This document shows positions 25,845 through 37,135 of a stretch of 64,000 nucleotides of DNA, one piece after another. The position numbers were made by a program, and so were the translations under genes. The stretch lies in NCBI GenBank assembly GCA_017502135.1, contig JAFVVP010000001.1, positions 544 through 64,543 of the forward strand, in the 5' to 3' direction. The notes beneath the pieces were generated by a model. It was given only the letters and a program-made list of their open reading frames with translations, ran no database searches and had not been told where the DNA came from. Every line of letters begins with the position of its first letter. Within the stretch, counting starts at the first letter, position 1. This stretch comes from Clostridia bacterium (lineage in GTDB: Bacteria > Bacillota > Clostridia > Oscillospirales > CAG-272).

Positions 25845-26208
25845 TGGTGGAGGCGAGGGGAATCGAACCCCTGTCCGAAAACCTCTTGACGCAACTTTCT
25901 CCGGGTGCAGAGAATCTACTGAATTTCCCAAAAGCACCGCCGATTCTCAGGCTGTGATTCCGGTAGCTTTTTAATGCATGACCGTTACAAAAGCGAAATC
26001 ACGGTTCACGTTCGCTGCTGATTTGACGCCCGGACAGAGCCGCAGCCCTCTCTGTGCGGACGAAGGCGGCTAAAAGCCGCGAGCCGCTTAGGCGGCTACG
26101 AGTTCGCTGTTGTTAGCGTTTAATTTAAGTTAGGGATGATTTAAGAGGTTCCCAAACCTCTACCCGCTTATCACGCCTCAAAATCCCCGTCGAAACCTTT
26201 ACGCCCCC
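25845..26208 (-). ncRNA. ssrA: tmRNA (SsrA)
   Basis: On the minus strand the 5' end is GGGGGCGTAAAGGTTTCGACGGGG. The 3' end is tRNA-Ala-like: GGGGTTCGATTCCCCTCGCCTCCACCA. The tag reading frame ...GCT AAC AAC AGC GAA CTC GTA GCC GCC TAA (..ANNSELVAA*) lies at 26117-26088. It is directly downstream of smpB. Confidence 0.9.
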
Positions 26209-26266
26209 ATATAAATATATTTTTGCGATTGCATAAAATTGTGCTGATTTTGACAAACGTAAAAAT

Positions 26267-26743
26267 TCAATCCGCGTTCCGTGAACGGGATTTGGCGTAC
26301 CGTTCGATGTCGCGATTTGCCTGTCGTTTTGCTTCGGTGTCTCGCTTGTCGTAGAGTTTTTTACCGCGGCACAGACCGACCTCGACCTTTACGTTCGAGC
26401 CCTTGAAGTAGAGAGAGAGGGGAATGAGCGTATATCCCTCGCGGCCGACGAGCCCGTGCAGTTTCATGATCTCGCGGCGGTGCATGAGGAGTTTTCTGTC
26501 CCTCTCCGGTTCCCGATTGAAAACGTTTCCTTTTTCATAGGGGGAGATGTGTGCCCCCGTGAGGAACAACTCTCCCTCGCGAACCTCGCAGTAAGAATCC
26601 TTCAGATTCACTTGACCGGCTCTGAGGCTTTTGACCTCCGTGCCAAAGAGAGCGATGCCGGCTTCGTAGGTTTCGTCCACAAAATATTCATGACGCGCTT
26701 TTCTGTTTACGGAGATGATTTTGTGTCCCGTCTCTTTTGCCAT
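26267..26743 (-). CDS. smpB: SsrA-binding protein SmpB
   Basis: [26 protein letters not shown] is canonical SmpB. Confidence 0.95.
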   Translation of the reverse strand: MAKETGHKIISVNRKARHEYFVDETYEAGIALFGTEVKSLRAGQVNLKDSYCEVREGELFLTGAHISPYEKGNVFNREPERDRKLLMHRREIMKLHGLVGREGYTLIPLSLYFKGSNVKVEVGLCRGKKLYDKRDTEAKRQANRDIERYAKSRSRNAD

Positions 26744-26852
26744 AATCGTACCTCCTTTTCACTTACTGCGGGTATTATTATACCCTATTTTTTCGCAGAT
26801 AGCAAGAGCCGCTTCGGAGTGTTTACAAAAAGTACACCTTTGTCGGATGCTT

Positions 26853-27488
26853 TTACACCGCACCGCCGAATTTTTCGAGCAGCTCGTCCTCCGTCATGGT
26901 ACGGATGCGGAGCGTTTTGAGGTGGCGTGCGCCGCACACAGCGAGTACGTAATCGGCGCCAACGTGCCCGCTCAAATACGGGCGCAGGGCGTGATCACAT
27001 ACGTCCGGCAGCTTTACGCCGGTGAAAAAGCCGGTTCCGTTTCGTTTCAGGATCGCCTCTTTCGCCGTCCATATGCGGTAGAAGTCGAGTACTGGATCGC
27101 GGCTTTCGCGAAGGATCTCCCTTTCGGCTTTCGAGAAATAATGCTTCGCGATATTGAGATTCACGGAGCGGCGGTATTCGATATCCACACCGACCGGCAC
27201 ATTGCCGGCGGTGTAAGCGATATAGTGAGAGGTGTGGGAAACGGAGAAATGCTTTCCGGATGGCACGAGGAGATGCGGTTTTCCGTACTCACCGTACGTG
27301 ACGGAGATCTCGCCGCCGCCGGCCGCCTCGTGTCGGATGAGCAGCTCCGTGAGGAGAGAATCAATCCGTGCGCTCTCTTTGCGGTAGCGCTCCGTTTTCG
27401 CCCGTCTTTCCGGTGTGAGGAGTGGAAGATACTTTTCATAGTACGACCACGGGCGGTCTCCGTTCGTTCTGAGTACGGTTACGTTCAT
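26853..27488 (-). CDS. Sfp-type 4'-phosphopantetheinyl transferase
   Basis: GKPHLL..HFSVSHTSHY, VGVDIE and WTAKEAILK. Confidence 0.85.
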   Translation of the reverse strand: MNVTVLRTNGDRPWSYYEKYLPLLTPERRAKTERYRKESARIDSLLTELLIRHEAAGGGEISVTYGEYGKPHLLVPSGKHFSVSHTSHYIAYTAGNVPVGVDIEYRRSVNLNIAKHYFSKAEREILRESRDPVLDFYRIWTAKEAILKRNGTGFFTGVKLPDVCDHALRPYLSGHVGADYVLAVCGARHLKTLRIRTMTEDELLEKFGGAV

Positions 27489-27705
27489 ACATACCTCCGA
27501 CTGTTTTTTACGAATATATTATACCACAAAATTATCGGTTACGCAACATGTTTGGCAAAAAATGGATATTGATTGTGAATTTTTTGTGCTTTTCTTGTAT
27601 CTATTGCATTCAAAGGGGGATTGTGGTACAATAAAATGAGATTCGATTCGGTATAGTATTTCCAAAACAGAGCTTCCGAGGCAATCAAAACATGAAAGAA
27701 CAAAA

Positions 27706-28050
27706 ATGTCAGAGAAAACGAAACAAACGTGCAAAAAAATAATACAGTTTATTCTGAATCCCCGGCTGCTTCTTTGTGTGGGATTTGCGTGGCTGATCAC
27801 AAACGGCTGGTCGTACATCTTACTTTCGATAGGTACGTATTTCCGGATTGAGTGGATGATCGCTGTGGCAAGCGCTTATCTGGCGTTTTTGTGGCTGCCG
27901 ATTTCACCTGAGAAAATTGCAACTGCGGCGATTGCCATAGCACTTTTGCGTTTTTTGTTTCCGCAGGATAAAAAAACGCTTGCTGTTTTATCGGAAATGC
28001 TGAAAAAAGCTAAAAACTCACTTAAAAATCTACGCAAAAGAAAACAATAA
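27706..28050 (+). CDS. Small hypothetical membrane protein
   Basis: 114-aa ORF with three hydrophobic segments and a basic tail. Confidence 0.5.
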   Translation: MSEKTKQTCKKIIQFILNPRLLLCVGFAWLITNGWSYILLSIGTYFRIEWMIAVASAYLAFLWLPISPEKIATAAIAIALLRFLFPQDKKTLAVLSEMLKKAKNSLKNLRKRKQ

Positions 28051-28092
28051 TCAAAAAGCCGAGACGGAGAGACGGCAGGGAGGGGGAGACGG

Positions 28093-28392
28093 ATGGACAC
28101 GAAAGAATTCGTCCGCATCTGCTCGCGGATCTCGTTGCTCACGCAGCTTGGCTTGTCCGTCGTTACGCCGCCGATCCTTCTGACGCTTCTCGCACTCTTT
28201 CTGCAAAGACGTTTCGGCGTGGGTGACTGGGTGCTTCTCGTCGCGATCCTCACCGGTGTTTTTTCCGGCATCATGAGCGTGTTTTCCTTCGTGCGGCGGG
28301 AGAACGCCCGTGAAGTGAAAAGGCTTACGAAAGCAGGGACCGAAAGCGCACCCGACGGAACAAACGACGAAAAGGAGACGGATGACCGATGA
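28093..28392 (+). CDS. atpZ: AtpZ/AtpI-family small membrane protein
   Basis: Two TM helices (LLTQLGLSVVTPPILLTLL, WVLLVAILTGVFSGIM). First gene of the atp operon. Confidence 0.7.
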   Translation: MDTKEFVRICSRISLLTQLGLSVVTPPILLTLLALFLQRRFGVGDWVLLVAILTGVFSGIMSVFSFVRRENAREVKRLTKAGTESAPDGTNDEKETDDR

Positions 28393-28964
28393 AAAAGCCA
28401 GCACTTGATCCCGTTGTAAAAAAAGAAGTCTGCTTTATGGCGGCGGCATCGCTCGTATGCGCTTTGCTTTTGCAGATCGGATTCGTTCTTTTCCGCCGCT
28501 TTGACTATACGGTGGCGCTCGGCGGAGTGATCGGCTGGTCTTTGACCGTTCTGAATTTTTTCCTGATGAGCCTGGGCGTTCAGCGTGCAGTTGAGGATCC
28601 CGAGCGCGCACAGCTTCGGATGAAAGCGTCCTACACGCGCCGCTCTATGCTTTTGCTTGCCGTGATGATCGTTTCCTTCGTGGTCGATCAGATTCACTGG
28701 CTGCCGGTGGTGGCATCCGTGTTCTATCCGCCCGTCGTGATTTTCGTCCGGCAGTTTTGGGTAAAATACGTTTTAAAAGAAACAGGGGATGAGCCTCTCC
28801 CCGAAAAATGTGAATCTGCCGGTATCGCGGACGATGAGGACGAGGACGGCGAGGAAGACGAGTTTGAAAAAATGATCGGCCGCTTCGCCGGCAAAATCGA
28901 TACGGATTATTTGAAAAATACGAAAGCGGACTCAAAAGAAACGTCCGGAGAAAAGGAGGAATGA
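28389..28964 (+). CDS. atpI: ATP synthase protein I-like membrane protein
   Basis: ATGA overlap with atpZ. Four hydrophobic helices and an acidic tail. Position is upstream of atpB. Confidence 0.65.
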   Translation: MKKPALDPVVKKEVCFMAAASLVCALLLQIGFVLFRRFDYTVALGGVIGWSLTVLNFFLMSLGVQRAVEDPERAQLRMKASYTRRSMLLLAVMIVSFVVDQIHWLPVVASVFYPPVVIFVRQFWVKYVLKETGDEPLPEKCESAGIADDEDEDGEEDEFEKMIGRFAGKIDTDYLKNTKADSKETSGEKEE

Positions 28965-28967
28965 TGC

Positions 28968-29711
28968 GTGGATATCAGCATAAACGGTGCGAGAGTCTAT
29001 TTTGAGATTCCCGTGTTCGGCGGGATTCCCGTAACGGCAACGCAGGTGAATTCCATACTGGTCATTCTTCTGATCACGTCGCTCTGTATATGGCTCACGC
29101 ACGATCTCAAGGTGCGCCCCACCACGAAGCGGCAGATCGTGGCGGAATGGCTCGTGGAGAAGGTTACGGGACTCGTGGATTCGAACATGGGCGTGCAGTT
29201 CCGCTCGTTCGTGCCGCTGGTAGCGGCGATCCTTTCGCTGTCTGCCTGCTCGTCGCTTTTGGCGCTTCTCGGCATGTACGCGCCGACGGCGGATCTCAAT
29301 ACGGTGCTCGGCTGGGCGCTTTTGGTGTTTGCACTGATTACTTACTACAAGATCAAAACGAACGGATTCGGCGGGTATCTCAAAAGCTTTACGACACCGA
29401 TCGTCGTGTTCACGCCGTTCAACATTCTCGGTGAGATCTCGACCCCCGTTTCGATGGCGTTCCGTCATTTCGGAAACGTGGTATCGGGATCGGTCATCTC
29501 GGCGCTCGTGTACGCGGCGCTTGCGGCACTGTCCAATTTGGTGTTCGGATGGCTGCCGGGTCTTCTCGGTAAGATCCCCTTTTTGCAGGTGGGTATTCCG
29601 GCAGTGCTGTCCGTCTATTTCGACGTGTTCTCGTCCTGCATTCAGGCGTTCATTTTCGCTATGCTGACGATGCTGTATATCGCATCGGCGGCCACCCCTG
29701 AGGAAGAATGA
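28968..29711 (+). CDS. atpB: F0F1 ATP synthase subunit a
   Basis: GTG start follows AAAGGAGGA. Contains the conserved FRHFGNV arginine motif. Confidence 0.9.
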   Translation: MDISINGARVYFEIPVFGGIPVTATQVNSILVILLITSLCIWLTHDLKVRPTTKRQIVAEWLVEKVTGLVDSNMGVQFRSFVPLVAAILSLSACSSLLALLGMYAPTADLNTVLGWALLVFALITYYKIKTNGFGGYLKSFTTPIVVFTPFNILGEISTPVSMAFRHFGNVVSGSVISALVYAALAALSNLVFGWLPGLLGKIPFLQVGIPAVLSVYFDVFSSCIQAFIFAMLTMLYIASAATPEEE

Positions 29712-29769
29712 TCCCGACGGATCTTTCGATAAATTCCCGAAAATATTCAAACATACAAAGGAGAAATGA

Positions 29770-30057
<288 letters not shown>

Positions 30058-30113
30058 TCCCAAAACGGAAAATCGCCGTATAAACGGCATGGAAGATTTG
30101 CAGGAGAATAGGA

Positions 30114-30611
30114 ATGAACAGAGAATATCTTGAACTGATATCGCTGGACGTGTGGCATATTGCCGCCGCCATTCTCAATCTTCTCATCCTCGTTTGGATT
30201 ATGAAAAAGTTCCTTATAGGACCGGTACAGAAGATTCTCGCCGAGCGGCAGAGTCAGGTGGACACGCTGTATTCCAATGCAGAGACGGCGAAGAATGCCG
30301 CCGAAGCGGACCGCGCCGTCTATGAGGAAAAAATGGCAAACGCGGACAAAGAGGCCGAAGAAGTGGTTCGGCGTGCGACCGTGCGCGCGGATAAGATCAG
30401 CGATGAGATTCTGGCAGAGGCGAACCGGAAGGCCGCCGAAAAACTGAGAAAAGCGGACGCCGATATCGAACAGGAAAAGAAAAAGGCGATCAATGAGATC
30501 AAGGACGAAATCTCCGGCATGTCTATGGATATTGCCGAGGCGGTCGTCTGCCGCGAGATCAAGGCGTCCGATCACGAGAAACTGATCGACACCTTTATCG
30601 ATAGTCTGTGA
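30114..30611 (+). CDS. atpF: F0F1 ATP synthase subunit b
   Basis: N-terminal TM helix followed by a long charged coiled coil. Operon position. Confidence 0.9.
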   Translation: MNREYLELISLDVWHIAAAILNLLILVWIMKKFLIGPVQKILAERQSQVDTLYSNAETAKNAAEADRAVYEEKMANADKEAEEVVRRATVRADKISDEILAEANRKAAEKLRKADADIEQEKKKAINEIKDEISGMSMDIAEAVVCREIKASDHEKLIDTFIDSL

Positions 30612-30618
30612 GGCCTGT

Positions 30619-31158
30619 ATGAGCGACGTTGTAAAAGAATACAGCCGCGCCCTTGTCAGCCTTGCGGTGGACGAGGGAATCGCGGACTCGATGCTCTACG
30701 AGACGCGTACGGTCAGAAGGGCTTTTTCGGAGAATCCGGGTTACGGACGTCTTTTGTCCGATCCCCAGATCCCCAAGGAGGAGAGATCGGCGCTCCTTTC
30801 AGAGGCTTTATCCGGTGCGTGCCATCCGTATCTTGTGAACTATCTCAGAATGGTTGCCGAGCGCGGATACGCGCGTCATATTCCCACGCTTATGGCAGAG
30901 TATGAACGTCTGTACTGCGAACAGTACGGGATCGTGACTGCCTTGGCGGTCAGTGCCGTCCCCCTTACCGAGGAGCAGAAGCGGCGTCTTACGGACAAGG
31001 TTTCCGAGATCACGGGCAGGCTCGTTTCCCTTCGCTGTGAGGTCGACCCCTCACTTATCGGCGGGGTGCGCCTGACCGTGCAGAATACCCTTTTTGAGGG
31101 AAGCGTGCGCGCAAAGCTTGACCAGCTCAGAGGTACGCTCAAATCACTTACCGTCTGA
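30619..31158 (+). CDS. atpH: F0F1 ATP synthase subunit delta
   Basis: OSCP-like 179-aa protein. Operon position. Confidence 0.9.
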   Translation: MSDVVKEYSRALVSLAVDEGIADSMLYETRTVRRAFSENPGYGRLLSDPQIPKEERSALLSEALSGACHPYLVNYLRMVAERGYARHIPTLMAEYERLYCEQYGIVTALAVSAVPLTEEQKRRLTDKVSEITGRLVSLRCEVDPSLIGGVRLTVQNTLFEGSVRAKLDQLRGTLKSLTV

Positions 31159-31193
31159 GACAAAAATTAAAAAATCAGAGAGGACGTAACGTC

Positions 31194-32708
31194 ATGGATC
31201 TTCGTCCCGAAGAGATCAGCAGTATTATCAAACAGCAGATCAAAAATTATGAAAACAAAACGAGCGACTCCGAGACCGGTACGGTTATCACCGTAGGTGA
31301 CGGTATCGCCACTGCGTTCGGTCTTGAAAACTGTATGGCAAACGAGCTCCTTACCTTTGAGCGTGGGGAGTACGGAATGGCCATGAACCTCGAAGAAAGC
31401 ACCGTTTCCATCGTGCTTTTGACCAACTCCGACAGTATACGGGAGGGCACCCGCGTGCATCGCACGGGGCGCGTTGTTTCCGTGCCCGTGGGTGAGCAGC
31501 TTCTCGGGCGCATCGTCGATGCACTCGGCAATCCGATTGACGGAAAAGGCCCGCACGGCTGTACCGAAAGCCGTCCGATCGAGAGAGAGGCACCCGGTAT
31601 TATCAAAAGAAAAAGCGTCAGCGTGCCGCTGCAGACCGGTATCAAGGCTATCGACGCGATGGTGCCGATCGGCCGCGGACAGCGTGAACTGATCATCGGC
31701 GATCGCCAGACCGGTAAGACGACCGTCGCGATTGATACGATTTTGAACCAGCGGGACACGGGCGTGATCTGCGTGTACGTGGCGATCGGTCAGAAAAACT
31801 CCACCGTGGCACAGCTGGCGGAAACGCTCCGCGCGGCAGGGGCTGACGCCTACACGATCATCGTATCCGCGTCCGCTTCCGAGATGGCGCCGCTTCAGTA
31901 CATCGCGCCGTACGCCGGATGCGCTATGGCGGAATATTTCATGGAGCAGGGAAAAGATGTTTTGATTGTGTACGACGATCTCACAAAGCACGCCGTCGCA
32001 TACCGTGCTCTCTCCCTTCTCATTCGCCGTCCCCCGGGACGCGAGGCATACCCCGGCGACGTATTCTATCTCCACAGCCGTCTTCTCGAACGCGCGGCGC
32101 GCGTCTCGCCTGAGTATGGCGGCGGTTCCATTACCGCTTTGCCGATCATCGAGACGCAGGCGGGCGACGTTTCGGCGTACATCCCGACGAACGTGATTTC
32201 GATCACCGACGGACAGATCTATCTGGAATCGGAACTGTTCCACGCCGGTGTTATCCCTGCGGTCAATCCCGGCATCTCGGTCTCCCGCGTAGGCGGATCG
32301 GCACAGGTAAAGGCGATGAAGAAGATCGCCGGCCGTCTGAAACTGATCTACTCGCAGTACCGCGAACTGCAGGCGTTCTCCCAGTTCGGCTCCGATTTGG
32401 ATGCCGATACCAAGGCACGCCTGGCCCAGGGTGAGAGAATCGTTGAGATCTTAAAGCAGGACAAGAGCGCGCCTGTGCCCGTGGAATATCAGGTCGCCGT
32501 CATCTACGCGGCGATCGGCGGACTTCTCGATAACGTCCCCGTATCTGCCGTGCGCGAGTATGAAAAGGGATTGAGAGAATACCTTCGCACCCGCGAGTAC
32601 GAGCTGATGAGCCGCATCCGCGAGAGCGGCAATCTTACTGACGAGGATAACAAGCTTCTCGGGGAAGCGCTTGCCGCTTATACGGCATCCTTCCTCGGAG
32701 ATCGCTGA
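31194..32708 (+). CDS. atpA: F0F1 ATP synthase subunit alpha
   Basis: Walker A GDRQTGKT. Conserved alpha-subunit sequence throughout. Confidence 0.97.
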   Translation: MDLRPEEISSIIKQQIKNYENKTSDSETGTVITVGDGIATAFGLENCMANELLTFERGEYGMAMNLEESTVSIVLLTNSDSIREGTRVHRTGRVVSVPVGEQLLGRIVDALGNPIDGKGPHGCTESRPIEREAPGIIKRKSVSVPLQTGIKAIDAMVPIGRGQRELIIGDRQTGKTTVAIDTILNQRDTGVICVYVAIGQKNSTVAQLAETLRAAGADAYTIIVSASASEMAPLQYIAPYAGCAMAEYFMEQGKDVLIVYDDLTKHAVAYRALSLLIRRPPGREAYPGDVFYLHSRLLERAARVSPEYGGGSITALPIIETQAGDVSAYIPTNVISITDGQIYLESELFHAGVIPAVNPGISVSRVGGSAQVKAMKKIAGRLKLIYSQYRELQAFSQFGSDLDADTKARLAQGERIVEILKQDKSAPVPVEYQVAVIYAAIGGLLDNVPVSAVREYEKGLREYLRTREYELMSRIRESGNLTDEDNKLLGEALAAYTASFLGDR

Positions 32709-32718
32709 CGGTAGCGCT

Positions 32719-33549
32719 ATGGGAGCAAACACGAAAGCGCTGAAAGCGCGCATCCGAAGCGTGGATTCGACCATGCATATCACGAAGGCGATGGAACTGG
32801 TGGCGTCTTCCAAAATGAAGCGCGCTCGCTCCAGGATGGAGGGTAGCCGATTTTACCGTACCGTTCTCGCGGAAGCCTTCGCAGATCTTGCCGCATCGGA
32901 CAGCATCTACGCAAAAGCCCGCCCCGATCTGCCCGTGCTCTATATCGTTATCGCCGGCGATCGCGGACTTGCGGGCGGCTACAATACGAATATATTCAAA
33001 ACCGTGATGCAGTCCGTCACGGAGAGAGATATTGTCTTACCCGTAGGACGGCGTGCCGCCGATTATTTTGCCCGCCGCGGCTTTGTCCCGTTTGACGGAA
33101 AAACGTATTCCGCGGACACGATCACGTCCTCGGAATGTGTTCGTCTGGCGTGCGAGATCAAGGACCGTTACGACCGCGGAGAATTCGGCGCGGTGTACGC
33201 AGTGTCCACGGAGTTCGTCTCTATGCTCTCGCAGAAGGCGGGCATACAGAAACTGCTCCCGCTTGAGAAAAAGGGCGGGGAAGAAACGGTTTCATCCGTT
33301 GCCACGCTGTACGAGCCGGACGCCGAGACGGTGCTCGCCGCTATCATTCCCGAGTATATAGCGGGCACGCTGTACGGCGCGGCCGCTGAATCGTTTGCAT
33401 CCGAGCTTGCCGCGCGGAGATCCGCTATGGATACCGCTACGAAGAACGCCTCCGAGATGATCGATACCTTGAGCCTCCGCTACAACCGCGCTCGTCAGAG
33501 CGCGATCACGCAGGAGATCACGGAGATCGTCGCCGGCGCGCAGATGTAA
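32719..33549 (+). CDS. atpG: F0F1 ATP synthase subunit gamma
   Basis: Start MGANTKALKARIRSV..TMHITKAMELVASSKM (in-frame ATG at 32719 within track ORF 32671). C-terminal ITQEITEIVAGA. Confidence 0.93.
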   Translation: MGANTKALKARIRSVDSTMHITKAMELVASSKMKRARSRMEGSRFYRTVLAEAFADLAASDSIYAKARPDLPVLYIVIAGDRGLAGGYNTNIFKTVMQSVTERDIVLPVGRRAADYFARRGFVPFDGKTYSADTITSSECVRLACEIKDRYDRGEFGAVYAVSTEFVSMLSQKAGIQKLLPLEKKGGEETVSSVATLYEPDAETVLAAIIPEYIAGTLYGAAAESFASELAARRSAMDTATKNASEMIDTLSLRYNRARQSAITQEITEIVAGAQM

Positions 33550-33606
33550 CCGTGCCTGTAAAACGCACATCTTTTGCAAAAAACGAAGCAAAAGGAGAAA
33601 TTTTGA

Positions 33607-35013
<1,407 letters not shown>

Positions 35014-35028
35014 GGACGGGCAGGCGTT

Positions 35029-35289
35029 ATGAAAACGTTTCATCTTGAAATCGCCGCACCGGACGGGCTTCGGTACGACGGAGATGCCGTTCAGCTGTCC
35101 GTCCGCGGGACGGAGGGAGAACTGGCGATCCTTTTCGGGCATATCCCGCTCGTTACGGCGCTCAAAGCGGGCGAATGCCGCGTCTACGTGGGCGATGCGG
35201 TCCGCCGCGCCAAGTACTCCGGCGGCATCCTCACGGTAACGAAGGAAACCGTCCGCATGCTCAGTGCGGAGTTTCGGTGGCTTGAGTGA
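35029..35289 (+). CDS. atpC: F0F1 ATP synthase subunit epsilon, short form (beta-sandwich only, 86 aa)
   Basis: An epsilon N-terminal-domain-like sequence in the last position of the operon. No C-terminal helical hairpin. Confidence 0.8.
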   Translation: MKTFHLEIAAPDGLRYDGDAVQLSVRGTEGELAILFGHIPLVTALKAGECRVYVGDAVRRAKYSGGILTVTKETVRMLSAEFRWLE

Positions 35290-35379
35290 GGGAAAGCGGG
35301 GCACCGCCCTCTCGCGCTTTCCTCAAACCTTTTCCCGAAAAGTTTTGAGAACCCAAAAACTTTTATAAAAGTGTAAAAG

Positions 35380-35409
35380 GGGGCTGTCGCGTGTATGGGC
35401 GACAGCCCC
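35380..35409. repeat. REP-like hairpin GGGGCTGTCGC-N8-GCGACAGCCCC (copy 1)
   Basis: Perfect 11-bp stem. The same stem with a different loop occurs at 37935-37964. Confidence 0.8.
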
Positions 35410-35433
35410 AAATATTTGAAATTCCAATGGAAA

Positions 35434-35471
35434 GGAGTTGTTGCTTTTATGAATGCAACAACTCCTTTTTT
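35434..35471 (+). terminator. atp operon terminator (same 32-nt hairpin as at 1162-1193, opposite orientation)
   Basis: GGAGTTGTTGC-ttttatgaat-GCAACAACTCC followed by TTTTTT. Confidence 0.75.
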
Positions 35472-35544
35472 GTCTGAAAACACTTCCATTCCCGCGAAAA
35501 ATGTGATACAATAGGTTTCGGTAAACGTCCCTCGGAGGTGTTTT

Positions 35545-36432
35545 ATGCGCACGCTCAGAAAATATTTTCTTGAATTTTTGTATGTTTTTCTCATAGTATT
35601 CGCCGTATATGCCGTTCCCATGTTGCTTCTTCTTTCGGGGGAGGGGAATGTCGGAGAGGCATACTATATCGCTGTTGTGCCTATATTTGTAATGATAAAC
35701 GTCGCATGGTACACGATCGCACAGCGCGGCGGGTATATTTTTTCCGTTGCGGCGGCTATGATCGCTCTTCTCGGACAAGGATTGTTTTTCTTTAGGAATG
35801 CGTCAAATCCCGCCGAGGCAGAACCTGGTTTTCGCCTGGTCCTCGGCGTAATTGCAGCGCTTCTCGAGGGCGGCGGCGCTGTTATCGTTTGTGTTCTGAC
35901 GGCGTTTGTGAACGCCTGCCGTGCCTGGAATCGTGATCGGAAAAAGCGACTGCAAAAGACCGCAGACAACAATGCCATAGAGCGCATTACGAGTTTTACG
36001 ATTGATCACGACAAGCTTACGCCGGGCATCTATATCTCCCGTGTGGACGGGGACGTGACGACCTACGATCTCCGTACGCGCACGCCGAACGGCGGTGCGT
36101 ATATGGATACCCGTACCGCCCACTCCGTGGAGCATATGTTTGCGACTTACGTGCGCAACAGCGATCTGTCCGATCGGGTGATCTATTTCGGGCCCATGGG
36201 CTGCCGTACCGGCTTTTATCTGCTTGTCCGTGACGTGGCACCCAAGGACATTCTCGCCTTGGTGAAGGATACGCTCGAAAAGATCCTCGCCCACGAGGGA
36301 GAGGTTTTCGGCGCATCCCGTAAAGAATGCGGTAATTATCTGGATCTCGAACTCGCCGATGCAAAACGCGAGTGTGAGGCGTATCTTGCCGTTCTCAATG
36401 AAAAAGAAGAATGGAGTTTTTCTTATGAATAA
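35545..36432 (+). CDS. luxS: S-ribosylhomocysteine lyase (LuxS) fused in frame to a ~135-aa N-terminal four-TM domain
   Basis: Strong RBS GGAGGTG before the ATG at 35545. The LuxS domain runs from about nt 35980 (ITSFTIDHDKL, HSVEH, GCRTGFY). There is no ATG/GTG/TTG at the usual LuxS start. Confidence 0.8.
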   Translation: MRTLRKYFLEFLYVFLIVFAVYAVPMLLLLSGEGNVGEAYYIAVVPIFVMINVAWYTIAQRGGYIFSVAAAMIALLGQGLFFFRNASNPAEAEPGFRLVLGVIAALLEGGGAVIVCVLTAFVNACRAWNRDRKKRLQKTADNNAIERITSFTIDHDKLTPGIYISRVDGDVTTYDLRTRTPNGGAYMDTRTAHSVEHMFATYVRNSDLSDRVIYFGPMGCRTGFYLLVRDVAPKDILALVKDTLEKILAHEGEVFGASRKECGNYLDLELADAKRECEAYLAVLNEKEEWSFSYE

Positions 36433-37126
36433 ACAGCCGATCGGCGTTATCGGTGCTATGAAGGTGGAGATTGATACCCTCATAGCCGATCTTACAAGTC
36501 CTAAAACGGAAACGGTGGGAGGTCTTACGTTTACCTCGGGCGAGCTGTCGGGCGTGCCGGTGGTGCTTTCCGTATCGGGCGTCGGTAAGGTGTGCGCCGC
36601 CATGGCGGCACAGACGATGATCCTCCGATACGGCGTTCGCGCCGTTATTAATACCGGCGTGGCGGGCACGCTCACGGATGCCCTCTCCATCGGCGATATC
36701 GCCGTGGCGGACAGCGTCGTCCAGCACGATATGGACACCTCCGCGGTAGGAGATCCCGTCGGGCTTATCTCCGGGCTGAATATCGTGTACATGAAGGCGG
36801 ACGGGTCTCTCTCGACACGGATCGCCGACATTATAAAAGAGCAGGGCGTCAATACCGTCTCGGGCGTGATCGCATCGGGTGACGTGTTCGTTGCCGATTC
36901 CGAGAAGAAAGCATACATCCGCGATACGTTCGGTGCCGTGGCTTGTGAGATGGAAGGCGGCGCGATCGGGCAGGTATGCGCGATGAACGGCATTCCGTTT
37001 GCCGTGATCCGTGCGATCTCCGACGGCGGAAACGAGGACGCTGTCATGGATTTCCCCACTTTTGTAAAAATTGCCGCCCAAAAATCCGCTGACGCGGTGC
37101 GGGCGCTTATGGAAACGGAAAAATAA
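36425..37126 (+). CDS. mtnN: 5'-methylthioadenosine / S-adenosylhomocysteine nucleosidase
   Basis: IGVIGAMKVEI..., SGVGKV.AA, CEMEGGAIGQVC. Overlaps the luxS stop. Confidence 0.9.
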   Translation: MNKQPIGVIGAMKVEIDTLIADLTSPKTETVGGLTFTSGELSGVPVVLSVSGVGKVCAAMAAQTMILRYGVRAVINTGVAGTLTDALSIGDIAVADSVVQHDMDTSAVGDPVGLISGLNIVYMKADGSLSTRIADIIKEQGVNTVSGVIASGDVFVADSEKKAYIRDTFGAVACEMEGGAIGQVCAMNGIPFAVIRAISDGGNEDAVMDFPTFVKIAAQKSADAVRALMETEK

Positions 37127-37135
37127 GGAGAACTG

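Noticed and set aside
25780-25974. 64-aa plus-strand ORF
   Set aside because: It lies across the ssrA terminator and the tRNA-like 3' domain of tmRNA, on the opposite strand.
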